64,000 nt of DNA from Thermodesulfobacteriota bacterium (GTDB lineage Bacteria; Desulfobacterota; Thermodesulfobacteria; Thermodesulfobacteriales; Thermodesulfobacteriaceae), in assembly GCA_030578315.1 (NCBI GenBank), contig JAUQQL010000002.1, positions 8,251 to 72,250 on the forward strand. The letters are read 5' to 3'. This document shows, piece by piece, positions 17,341 through 25,977 of the stretch (positions within the stretch are counted from its first letter, which is position 1; every line of letters starts with the position of its first letter). A program made the translations under genes and the position numbers. The notes under the pieces were generated by a model. That model did no database searches and was not told where the DNA came from. It saw nothing but the letters and a program-made list of their open reading frames with translations.

Positions 17341-19407
17341 TTAATCCCTTACCAACTTCACAACTTCTAAAATTTCTATTTGAATTTCTGGAGGTATTTC
17401 AACTTGAGAAATAACGGGAATATAAGACAAAGTTCTTTCTATGAGTTTTCTCAAATGTCTTCTAATTATGGGACTACAAAGAATGGCAGGCATAAGATTT
17501 TTCTGTCCAGCTCTTTCTACAGCCTGAGTTAAAACTGCAACAATTTTACTTCCGATCTTTGGGTCTATAAGCAAAAATACTCCCTGCTCAGTTTTCTGTA
17601 AAGCTTTTTTTATCAATTCTTCTATATCCTCTCCCACTAAAATTGCAAAAAGCTTATTGTCTGATAAATAGGGTTTTACTATAAACCTAGACAATCTTTG
17701 TCTCACATACTCGGTGAGAAGGTCTGAGTCTTTTATGGTAGCTCCATAATCTCCTAAGGTTTCAAATATAGTAATTAAGTCTTTCAAAGGAACTCCTTCT
17801 TTTACTAAATTTTGTAAAACCTTTTGAATAATACTTAAAGAGACATTATTTAAACACTCTTCTACAATTTTGGGATAGTATCTATTCATTGTATCAACTA
17901 TTTTTTGAACTTCTTGTTTAGTAAGGATTTCCTCAGCATGACGTTTAATTACTTCAGAGAGATGGGTAACAATAACGGTTGATAGGTTAACTACTGTAAA
18001 ACCTAACATCTCGGCCTCCTCTTTAGCAGTTTCAAGAATAAAATAAGCTGTCATCCCAAAAGTAGGTTCTTTAGTAGGAATTGCTTCCTCTGGTGGAGAA
18101 GTCTCAGGAGAAGAAGGAATAGCTAAAAGATAACCAGGTAAAAGTTCACCCTTAGCAACTTCTACACCTTTTATAAGAATAGAATACTCTCCAGGTTTTA
18201 AAGAGAGGTTGTCTCTTACATGAATAGGAGGAACAACTAAGCCCATTTCTAAAATTAATTGTTTTCTCAGATTTTTAATTTTGGCTAAAAGGTCTCCCCC
18301 TCTAGCTTCATCTGCTAAATAAATCAGTCCATAACCCAATTCCAAAGCTAAAAGTTCAACAGGCCTGATTTCTTCTACTTCTGGAGGAGGGGTTGGTCTC
18401 TCCTCTAGTTTTTTTTCAATTTCTATTCTTTTTTGAAAAGAATAGGAAAGATATCCCAATCCAAATAAAATAAAAGCTAAAAATAAAAAAGGCAAAAAAG
18501 GAAGTCCAGGTAAAATTCCCACAACCAAAAGTATCCCTCCAGTAAACATTAAAACTTCAGGTTTTACTGCAAATTGACGGGCAATATCTCTTCCCATTCC
18601 AGCTTCAGAGGCTGCTCTGCTTATAATAATTCCTGCAGAAGTAGAAACTATCAAAGCAGGAATCTGAGAAACTAAACCATCTCCTATAGTTAAAATAGTA
18701 TAAGTTTTAGCTGAGGTAGCTAAATCTAAACCTTTCTGTAAAGTTCCTATCAAGATCCCTCCTATAATATTGATACAGGTGATAACCAAACCCGCGATAG
18801 CTTCTCCTCTAATAAATTTAGAAGCTCCATCCATAGCTCCATAAAATTCTGCCTCTTTAGCTATAAGTTCCCTTCTTTTTTTAGCCTCAGCTTCATCAAT
18901 AAGTCCTGCATTGAGGTCTGCATCTATAGCCATTTGCTTTCCCGGCATAGCATCTAAAGTAAACCTAGCAGCCACCTCAGCAATTCTTCCTGCTCCTTTG
19001 GTAATTACTACAAAATTAATTAAAATTAGTATAATAAACACAATAAATCCTACTATGTAATTTCCTCCTACTACAAATTCCCCAAAACTTTTTATAAGAT
19101 GACCTGCAGCTAAAGTTCCTTCATGACCTCTTAAAAGAATAACTCTAGTGGTAGCTATATTCATAGAAAGCCTAAAAAGAGTAGTAATTAAAAGTAAAGA
19201 AGGAAAGGTTGTAAACTCAAGAGGTTTAACAATCTGCATAGACATAATTAAAATTAAGAGAGAAATAGAAAAACTTAAAGTCAAACCAAAGTCAATAAAA
19301 ATTCTAGGTAAAGGGAAAATAATTAGTCCTAACAGTAAAATAATTCCTAAAATAGCTGAAAGATTATAAAAATCTAAAAAATTTCTTAAGCTAACTGTTC
19401 TTTCCAT
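17341..19407 (-). CDS. flhA: Flagellar export gate protein FlhA
   Basis: FPSLLLITTLFRL, ITKGAGRIAEVAARFTLDAMPGKQMAIDADLNAG, FYGAMDGASKF, GDGLVSQIPAL. Confidence 0.98.
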   Translation of the reverse strand: MERTVSLRNFLDFYNLSAILGIILLLGLIIFPLPRIFIDFGLTLSFSISLLILIMSMQIVKPLEFTTFPSLLLITTLFRLSMNIATTRVILLRGHEGTLAAGHLIKSFGEFVVGGNYIVGFIVFIILILINFVVITKGAGRIAEVAARFTLDAMPGKQMAIDADLNAGLIDEAEAKKRRELIAKEAEFYGAMDGASKFIRGEAIAGLVITCINIIGGILIGTLQKGLDLATSAKTYTILTIGDGLVSQIPALIVSTSAGIIISRAASEAGMGRDIARQFAVKPEVLMFTGGILLVVGILPGLPFLPFLFLAFILFGLGYLSYSFQKRIEIEKKLEERPTPPPEVEEIRPVELLALELGYGLIYLADEARGGDLLAKIKNLRKQLILEMGLVVPPIHVRDNLSLKPGEYSILIKGVEVAKGELLPGYLLAIPSSPETSPPEEAIPTKEPTFGMTAYFILETAKEEAEMLGFTVVNLSTVIVTHLSEVIKRHAEEILTKQEVQKIVDTMNRYYPKIVEECLNNVSLSIIQKVLQNLVKEGVPLKDLITIFETLGDYGATIKDSDLLTEYVRQRLSRFIVKPYLSDNKLFAILVGEDIEELIKKALQKTEQGVFLLIDPKIGSKIVAVLTQAVERAGQKNLMPAILCSPIIRRHLRKLIERTLSYIPVISQVEIPPEIQIEILEVVKLVRD

Positions 19408-19410
19408 ATC

Positions 19411-20481
19411 TTAAATTAACTTTTTTCCTTTTAACTTATATACATAAGCTAAAATTTTAGCTATAGCTTGATATAAACTTTCAGGAATATAATCTCCAAG
19501 TTCAATTTTTTCATAAAGAAAACGAGCCAGTGGTGGGTCCTCGTAAATGGGAATTTTATATTCTTGAGCTATTTCCTTTATTTTTAAGGCTAAAAATCCT
19601 CTTCCCTTAGCCACTACTTGAGGAGCTGGCATACTTTTAATTTCGTATTTTAAAGCCACAGCATAGTGTTCAGGATTGGTAATTACTACATCAGCTTTGC
19701 GAACCTCAGCTAACATTCTTCTTCTACTTAGCTCTATTTGTTTCTGCCTAATTCTTGCCTTAACTCTCGGATCTCCTTCAGTATGTTTAATTTCTTCTCT
19801 TAGTTCTTGACGGGTAAGTTTTAATTTTCTTTCTACATCCCACCAGTTATAAAGCCAGTCTAAGATTGCTAAAATTCCTAAAATTATCAAAAATTTAATC
19901 ATAAAGTCCTTGACCAAAACTTTTATGCTGAAAAGAATATACTTAATATCTGAACCAAACAATTTAAGAATATTTTCAAAGTTATTTTTTATAATTAAGT
20001 AAACAATTATCGTTATAATTGAAAGTTTCAAAAAAGTTTTAAAAAGTTCAAATAGAGAAACTAAAGAAAATAATCTTTTAAAACCTTCAACTGGATTTAT
20101 TCTGTCAAAATCAAATCTTATAACTTCAGTACTTATTACCCCACCACCTGTTTGCAAAAGATAGACTAAAATGGCTACAAAAGAGATAATAATAAAAAAA
20201 GGAAGTATTATTTTAGATACTAAATAAAATATATTTTTTATTAAATAAAATAAACTGTTTAAATCTATCTCTATATTAAAAAACTTAAAAGAATAGTAAA
20301 AAACAAAATAAAATTGATAAAAGAAAAAGTAACTTAAAAGAAAAAAAATAAAAACAACAGAAGTTATAATAGCTACAGAAGATAATTCTCTACTTTTAAC
20401 AATTTGTCCACGTTTACGAGCTTCTTCTCTTCTACGAGGGGTAGGCTGTTCTGTTTTTTCTTCAACAAGTTCTTCAGGCAT
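19411..20481 (-). CDS. flhB: Flagellar export switch protein FlhB
   Basis: EKTEQPTPRRREEARKRGQI.KS.E, EGDPRVKARIR, autocleavage site ITNPEHYAVAL. Confidence 0.97.
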   Translation of the reverse strand: MPEELVEEKTEQPTPRRREEARKRGQIVKSRELSSVAIITSVVFIFFLLSYFFFYQFYFVFYYSFKFFNIEIDLNSLFYLIKNIFYLVSKIILPFFIIISFVAILVYLLQTGGGVISTEVIRFDFDRINPVEGFKRLFSLVSLFELFKTFLKLSIITIIVYLIIKNNFENILKLFGSDIKYILFSIKVLVKDFMIKFLIILGILAILDWLYNWWDVERKLKLTRQELREEIKHTEGDPRVKARIRQKQIELSRRRMLAEVRKADVVITNPEHYAVALKYEIKSMPAPQVVAKGRGFLALKIKEIAQEYKIPIYEDPPLARFLYEKIELGDYIPESLYQAIAKILAYVYKLKGKKLI

Positions 20482-20487
20482 AACTTT

Positions 20488-21261
20488 TTACCTTAAAATA
20501 GCCGCCAACAGTTTAAAGTATTGCTCAATGTAGTGGATGATTATTTTAGGAAAAAAAGTCAACGTTAACCCAAAAAACAATAAACCTAAACCAATAGTTA
20601 AGGGAAAACTAACAAATAACACATTCATTTGAGGAATAAGTCTTCCTATGATACCTAGGGCAATGTAAATTAATAACATAAAAACTAAAAGAGGAGCTAG
20701 AAATTTAATTCCTATTTCAAAAATTAAACTAGCTTTTTTAATCAAAAAAGTTCCCAAATTTTCGCTAACTGAAAACGAACCAGGAGGTATTTTCTGGAAA
20801 GTTTCAAAAAGAAAGTAAATCAAGTGATGGTGGAAATTAAAAGTAAAAAAGAAAAGAAAAAAGATTAAATACATAAATTCTGAAATAATAGGTAAACTAA
20901 AACCAGAAATAGGGTCAATAGTTTGAGAAATACCAAACCCCATTTGAATACCTACAAGTTCACCTCCAAGTTGAATACCACCTAAAATTAACCTAAAAAT
21001 TAAAACCATCACAAAAATAAGTAAAAATTCAGATAAAAATACAGTAAAAATTGTATATAAATTATTTAATTTTGGTAATTCAAAATTAATTATAGGAGTT
21101 AAAATTAAAGCTAAAATTAAAGCTAAAGTAATTTTAACTTTATTAAAAATAAAAACAGTACCAAATAAAGGAAAAAGATAAATAAATAATAAAACTCTTA
21201 AAAAAATAAAGAAAAAAATAAAAAATTTGTTTTCTAAAATTTGAAAAACTTCTTCCGTCAT
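20488..21261 (-). CDS. fliR: Flagellar export protein FliR
   Basis: Hydrophobic; GGELVGIQMGFG...IDP, GIIGRLIPQMNVLFVSFP. Confidence 0.95.
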   Translation of the reverse strand: MTEEVFQILENKFFIFFFIFLRVLLFIYLFPLFGTVFIFNKVKITLALILALILTPIINFELPKLNNLYTIFTVFLSEFLLIFVMVLIFRLILGGIQLGGELVGIQMGFGISQTIDPISGFSLPIISEFMYLIFFLFFFTFNFHHHLIYFLFETFQKIPPGSFSVSENLGTFLIKKASLIFEIGIKFLAPLLVFMLLIYIALGIIGRLIPQMNVLFVSFPLTIGLGLLFFGLTLTFFPKIIIHYIEQYFKLLAAILR

Positions 21262-21527
21262 TTTATAAAATTTGGTATATTTAAAATTAAATTTTCAGTA
21301 AAAGTAACTAATTTTTTTAACATCCATGGTAAAGTAAAAAAAAAGACCAAAATCAATGCCAAAATTTTAGGTACAAAAGTTAAAGTCATTTCTTGAATTT
21401 GGGTAACGGCTTGAAAAATGCTAATTATTAATCCTACTAATAATGCTGTAACTAAAAAAGGAGCAGCAATTAAAATAGTTATTTTTATAGTTTCTTTAGC
21501 TAAAAAAAGTATAGTAGTATCTGTCAT
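21258..21527 (-). CDS. fliQ: Flagellar export protein FliQ
   Basis: GLIISIFQAVTQIQEMTLTFVPK, PWM. Confidence 0.97.
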   Translation of the reverse strand: MTDTTILFLAKETIKITILIAAPFLVTALLVGLIISIFQAVTQIQEMTLTFVPKILALILVFFFTLPWMLKKLVTFTENLILNIPNFIK

Positions 21528-21542
21528 AGCTTCTACTCTAGT

Positions 21543-22244
21543 TTAATAAAAACTTTTTACTAAAGACATAATTAACAAATTCCAACCATCTACTAAAACA
21601 AAAAGTAAAAGTTTTATAGGTAAAGAAATCATCATAGGAGGTAACATCAAAACTCCCATAGAAATAAGCACACTTGAAATCACAATGTCAATAATTAAAA
21701 AAGGTATGTAAAGAAGAAAACCAATCTGAAAAGCTGTTTTAAGCTCACTTATCATAAAAGCAGGAATAAGAGTGAAAATAGAAATATCTTCTGGACTATA
21801 AGGTCTTGGTTCATTTCTTATTTTAAGAAAAAGAGCCAAATCTTTTTCTCTAGTGTTTTTAAACATAAATTTTTTAAAAGGCTGAATGCTTCTTTCCCAA
21901 AGTTCCTTTTCACCAATTTCTTTTTTTATATAAGGAACAAAGGCATTTTCATAAACTTCTTGAAAAGTAGGAGCCATAATAAAAAAGGTTAAAAACAAAG
22001 CCAAGGAAATAAGCACTTGATTAGGAGGAGTTTGTTGAGTTCCTAAGGCGTGTCTTAAAATGGAAAAAACTACTACCAGCCTAGTAAAAGAAGTAAGCAT
22101 AAGAAGTAAAGCAGGAGCTACAGAAAGAACAGTCAAAAGAATCAAAATCTGTAAAAGAGTAGAAACTTGAGAGGGTTCCTTTGCAGTTTCAAAACCTATT
22201 TTTAAAGTAGGCAAAGCTAAAACATAAATATTAAGAAGACTCAC
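21543..22244 (-). CDS. fliP: Flagellar export protein FliP
   Basis: LTVLSVAP, MLTSFTR, ALGTQQTPPNQVL, PAFMISELKTAFQIGF, LPIKLLLFVLVDGW. GTG at 22244 (SD GGGG upstream) preferred over the track start at 22292. Confidence 0.95.
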   Translation of the reverse strand: MSLLNIYVLALPTLKIGFETAKEPSQVSTLLQILILLTVLSVAPALLLMLTSFTRLVVVFSILRHALGTQQTPPNQVLISLALFLTFFIMAPTFQEVYENAFVPYIKKEIGEKELWERSIQPFKKFMFKNTREKDLALFLKIRNEPRPYSPEDISIFTLIPAFMISELKTAFQIGFLLYIPFLIIDIVISSVLISMGVLMLPPMMISLPIKLLLFVLVDGWNLLIMSLVKSFY

Positions 22245-22485
22245 TTTTAATTTCCCCCAAATAAGCAAATCCTTTATCAGTAAGACCAACAAGAATCTTT
22301 CGGTTTTCTACTTCTAACAGCAATATTTGAGCTTTATAATTAATGGGTTTAATAGCTAAAATTTTTATTTTATCAGAAGGTGGAAGTTTAATATTCCATT
22401 TTTTGTAAAAATGAAGTCCCAACGGAATAAAACTCAGAATTAACAAAACAATTCCTAAACTTTGAAGGTATTGTAAAAATTCCAT
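22231..22485 (-). CDS. fliO: Flagellar protein FliO
   Basis: One N-terminal TM then IKILAIKPI..KAQILLLEVENRKILVGLT; between fliN and fliP. Confidence 0.8.
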   Translation of the reverse strand: MEFLQYLQSLGIVLLILSFIPLGLHFYKKWNIKLPPSDKIKILAIKPINYKAQILLLEVENRKILVGLTDKGFAYLGEIKSESS

Positions 22486-22487
22486 AC

Positions 22488-22976
22488 CTAACTTCCTAAT
22501 CTTTTTATTCTTTCTTGAGCACTAATTATTTCGGTTATTCTTACTCCGAATCTTTCATTTACTACTACCACTTCTCCTTTAGCCATAAGTTTGCCATTTA
22601 CATACACTTCTACAGGTTCTCCTGCAAACTTTTCAAGTTCAATAATAGAACCTTGACTTAATTTCAAAAGATCCTTAATAATCATTTTGGTTCTACCTAT
22701 TTCTACCGAAATTTCCAAAGGTATGTCTAAAATAAAATCCAATTCTGGATAAACTCTGGCTTCTTTTTTAGGAGTCAACTCTTGCAACCTTGCTGACTCT
22801 CCTGATAAAATTTCTTTTTTCTCTTCTTTTCCTTCCAAACTTGCAGAAGTTTTCATAGAAACTTCTTCAGACTGTTTAGCCTCTTTAAGAGCTTCCTCCC
22901 ACAATTTCATTAAGTCTTCAGGTTTAATTTCTTCCTGAATTTCTTCTTTTTTTTCTTCAGTTTGATCTTCTAACAT
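22488..22976 (-). CDS. fliN: Flagellar motor switch protein FliN
   Basis: LDFILDIPLEISVEIGRT, GSIIELEKFAGEPV, AKGEVVVVNERFGVRITEI. Confidence 0.96.
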   Translation of the reverse strand: MLEDQTEEKKEEIQEEIKPEDLMKLWEEALKEAKQSEEVSMKTSASLEGKEEKKEILSGESARLQELTPKKEARVYPELDFILDIPLEISVEIGRTKMIIKDLLKLSQGSIIELEKFAGEPVEVYVNGKLMAKGEVVVVNERFGVRITEIISAQERIKRLGS

Positions 22977-23003
22977 TAGCTCTTAAAACCTCCTTTTAGG
23001 TTT

Positions 23004-23996
23004 TTAACTTTCCTTTTCCGAAATTAAAAACTGCTCTATTTGAATAGCTAAATGATTTTTAAAAACTCCCATTCTTCCCAAAATTTTAGGAGTATCTTCA
23101 ATTAAAACTTCAATAGGTTCTTCAATTTTCTTATCCAAAATTATTATATCTCCTGGCTCCAAATTTATTAAATCTCTTATAGTTATCTGACCTTTACCCA
23201 ATAATGCTCTAAGGACTACTTCACTATTGTAAAGACAATTTTCTATAGCTTTTTTCCAAGTATAATCTATATATTCTTCAATTTGATATGGAGAATAGAG
23301 CTGAGCTTTTATAGGTTGAAAAGTGGTTAAAGAGTAAATAAATAAAATTTTTCCACTTAGAGTTTCAAGTTCTACACTGTATCCACAAACAATTACTGTC
23401 TCTTCTGGTTGTAAAACTCTAGCAAACTGTGGATTAACCTCCCCTCTTATATATTTGGGTTTTATGGGATAGATATTTTTCCAAGCCTTTTCTAGTTCAT
23501 CAAAAATCAAATTTACAACTTTTTTAATGAGTCTTTGTTCTACAGGAGTAAATTCTCTTCCTTCTATTTTAGTAATTTTGCGCTCCCCACCACCTAAAAA
23601 CCTCTCTATAAAAGCAAAAACCAGAGGTGCATCTATAATCAGTAAAGCCTGTCCTTTAAGTGGTTCAATTTTAAATATATGAATAGAAGTAGGGACAGGT
23701 ATTTTATTCAAAAAGTCTTTAAATCTTTCCATTTGAATAGGAAAATTACTTATATCTATCATCTCTCTTAAAAGAGTAGAAAAACTCATTCTTAAACTAC
23801 GAGCTAACTGATCGTTTATAACCTCCAAACCAGGAATTTTAAGACGTGTGGAAATCGTATAATTTTTAAAGTCAAAAGAGCTAAGCTTTTTTCCTTCCCC
23901 CACTTCCTTAGGAGTCGTTTCAATTTTCCCCTCTTCTAACCCAGATAAAAGCGCATCTATTTCTTCCTGGGTTAAAACTTTCTCCATATCTCTCAC
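23004..23996 (-). CDS. fliM: Flagellar motor switch protein FliM
   Basis: CheY-P binding VLTQEEIDALL, LGG.....EGREFTPVE, EVNPQF, C-terminal SpoA domain. ATG at 23987 may be the true start. Confidence 0.96.
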   Translation of the reverse strand: MRDMEKVLTQEEIDALLSGLEEGKIETTPKEVGEGKKLSSFDFKNYTISTRLKIPGLEVINDQLARSLRMSFSTLLREMIDISNFPIQMERFKDFLNKIPVPTSIHIFKIEPLKGQALLIIDAPLVFAFIERFLGGGERKITKIEGREFTPVEQRLIKKVVNLIFDELEKAWKNIYPIKPKYIRGEVNPQFARVLQPEETVIVCGYSVELETLSGKILFIYSLTTFQPIKAQLYSPYQIEEYIDYTWKKAIENCLYNSEVVLRALLGKGQITIRDLINLEPGDIIILDKKIEEPIEVLIEDTPKILGRMGVFKNHLAIQIEQFLISEKES

Positions 23997-24485
23997 CTAT
24001 TCAATAAGATATTGAGTAATGTAAAGGTTCAAAACTATATCCCCTCCTAAAACTCCGTTTATCCTTTGTAAAAGATCTTTTTTAATTTCTTCTTTAGCTG
24101 TAGGTCTTAAAACTTCTTCTACAGTCTTTCCACTTAAATAAAAAATTATAACATCTTTAATTTTAGAATCATTCTTTCTAACTAATTCTTCTAACTTTTT
24201 ATCTCCCACCTCTAAACTTAACTTAATTTGAAAATATCTTTTTCCTGTTGGATCAAGTAAATTTACTACGATAGGGTCTAAATCCATTAAAATAGATTCT
24301 CTGTTTTTAAGATTACTACTTATTTTCTCCTTTTTTTCTCCTTTATTAAATAAAAAAAATAAAATCCCTCCTCCTAATATAATTACTAAAAATCCTATCG
24401 TAGCTAAAAATAGAATCTTTTTCTTTCCTAAGAAAGAAGTTTTTTTTCCTACTATCTGCTCCTCTACCTTAGCTTCTTCAGCCAT
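23997..24485 (-). CDS. fliL: Flagellar basal-body protein FliL
   Basis: Single TM, LDPIVVNLLDPTGKRYFQI, IKDVII, LYITQYLIE; first gene of operon with SD GGAGG. Confidence 0.93.
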   Translation of the reverse strand: MAEEAKVEEQIVGKKTSFLGKKKILFLATIGFLVIILGGGILFFLFNKGEKKEKISSNLKNRESILMDLDPIVVNLLDPTGKRYFQIKLSLEVGDKKLEELVRKNDSKIKDVIIFYLSGKTVEEVLRPTAKEEIKKDLLQRINGVLGGDIVLNLYITQYLIE

Positions 24486-24516
24486 AAACCCTCCACCATT
24501 TACTTTCTTTAGTATA

Positions 24517-24534
24517 ATTCAAACTTTATACCTG
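24517..24534 (-). promoter_or_regulatory. Candidate sigma54 (-24/-12) promoter for the fliL...cheW operon
   Basis: Minus strand reads CAGGTATAAAGTTTGAAT = GG-N10-GA with TTT before the -12 element, ~35-50 nt upstream of fliL. Consensus is TGGCAC-N5-TTGC, so -12 is a variant. Confidence 0.5.
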
Positions 24535-24558
24535 TTTTAAAAACTTTTTTCAATATAA

Positions 24559-24594
24559 TTTTGACAAAAAATTGACATTTGTCAAAAATCTAAC
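24559..24594. promoter_or_regulatory. Inverted repeat / tandem FleQ-like boxes upstream of fliL
   Basis: TTTTGACAAA...TTTGTCAAAA inverted repeat; contains GACAAAAAATTGAC (24563-24576) and GTCAAAAATCTAAC (24581-24594), similar to the FleQ consensus GTCAnnAAATTGAC. Confidence 0.45.
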
Positions 24595-24597
24595 TAA

Positions 24598-25083
24598 TTA
24601 ATATTTAAGACCAAATTCTCTGTAAAGTAAAAATTGTTTAATTAGAATTCCTTGAGAATATCCACCTAAGTTTTTGCTTCCCACTACTCTATGACACGGA
24701 TATATGAGAGGAAGAAGGTTGTTAGCCAAAACCTTCCCCACAAATCTATAACCCTTGTATATATTCACTTCTTCAGCTAGTTCTTTATAAGTTTTAACTT
24801 TCCCAATCTCTATTTCTCTTAACTTAAGTAAAATTTTTCTATCTAAGTTTTTCTTTTCTAATCTATGTTTTATTTCAATAAAATTAGCTTCCAAATTCCA
24901 GTATTTCAAAAAAGCTTCTAAAAATTTTTCATAAAATCTTAAGACCTTTTTATTTCCATAAAAATTTATTTCAGAAATAAAAGAAAATTCCCATTCTAGA
25001 TTAAGCTTGAGAAGATACCCACTTGTATCCCAAAAGAGCTTAAATTTAAAAGGAAAAAGATTAAAAGTTACTTTTAAATCCAT
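24598..25083 (-). CDS. ogt: Methylated-DNA--protein-cysteine methyltransferase (MGMT family)
   Basis: IGKVKTYKELAE...RFVG..LANN.LPLIYPCHRVV...LGGYSQG..IK..LL..E. Confidence 0.9.
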   Translation of the reverse strand: MDLKVTFNLFPFKFKLFWDTSGYLLKLNLEWEFSFISEINFYGNKKVLRFYEKFLEAFLKYWNLEANFIEIKHRLEKKNLDRKILLKLREIEIGKVKTYKELAEEVNIYKGYRFVGKVLANNLLPLIYPCHRVVGSKNLGGYSQGILIKQFLLYREFGLKY

Positions 25084-25097
25084 TCAATAAAACTTTT

Positions 25098-25823
25098 TTA
25101 ACTGTAGGTACTTTCATTTTCTATCTTAGCAATTTCTTTTTTTAAAATTTCAATAAGATGTTTTACCATCTTTTTTCCTTTTTCTGGAGAACCTTTACAA
25201 GGGTTCCCCCATATTCCAGAAGACCAATATTTAACTTTTTCAGAAACTACTCTAAATTTGGGAAAATGTGGATAATCTTCAAATCCCTCTTTTTTTACAA
25301 GTTCTGGTTTTAAATACATAATTAAAGATGTTTCCCATTCTCCTGCATGAGAATCACTTTCGGAAATTTTCATCTCTACTAAAACTTCTTTTAAAAGTTG
25401 GTAAATATCTGCTACAAAAAACTTTACATCTTTAACTTTTTCTAAAAAAGTTTCAGCTGCATCTATAAGGTATGCTAAGTGAGTTTTACCAGCATGTCCT
25501 GAAAGAATAAAAAAATTTCTAAATCCCTGACGATAAAATTCTGAGAGAAGATTTAAAATAAAAGTTTTTAAAACCTCACCAGAAATACTTATTGTTCCAG
25601 AGAGATGTTTAGTACTCCTACATAGTCCATAGTATATAGGAGGAGAAACCAAAACTTCTACTTCTTTTGAAAGTCTTTTACACACTTCGTAAATAGTATA
25701 AAGGTCAGTAGCTAGAGGTAAATGAGGTCCATGAGCCTCGATAGAACCTATTGGAATAATTAAAGTTTTAATTCTTTTAGAAAGCTCTTCAAATTCTTTA
25801 GAGGTAAGTTCTTCTATTAACAT
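25098..25823 (-). CDS. Creatininase/creatinine amidohydrolase family protein
   Basis: PIGSIEAHGPHLPLATD, SGHAG, DSHAGEWETS, SGIWGNP motifs. Confidence 0.9.
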   Translation of the reverse strand: MLIEELTSKEFEELSKRIKTLIIPIGSIEAHGPHLPLATDLYTIYEVCKRLSKEVEVLVSPPIYYGLCRSTKHLSGTISISGEVLKTFILNLLSEFYRQGFRNFFILSGHAGKTHLAYLIDAAETFLEKVKDVKFFVADIYQLLKEVLVEMKISESDSHAGEWETSLIMYLKPELVKKEGFEDYPHFPKFRVVSEKVKYWSSGIWGNPCKGSPEKGKKMVKHLIEILKKEIAKIENESTYS

Positions 25824-25977
25824 ATTTTTTTTATCTTTAAATTCATAGTAAAGTATCTTCTAAAAAAAATCAAGATTGATAAAGATCGTCAAAAATTTTT
25901 TTCTGTTGACTTTATTTTTTTTAATTTTAAACTTATTTTTTAAAAAGTCTTAATTCTTCAAAAGGAAGGAAAATAAT

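Noticed and set aside
20200-21520. Very low GC stretch suggesting foreign DNA
   Set aside because: Explained by Phe/Ile/Leu-rich transmembrane segments of FlhB, FliR and FliQ in a syntenic operon.
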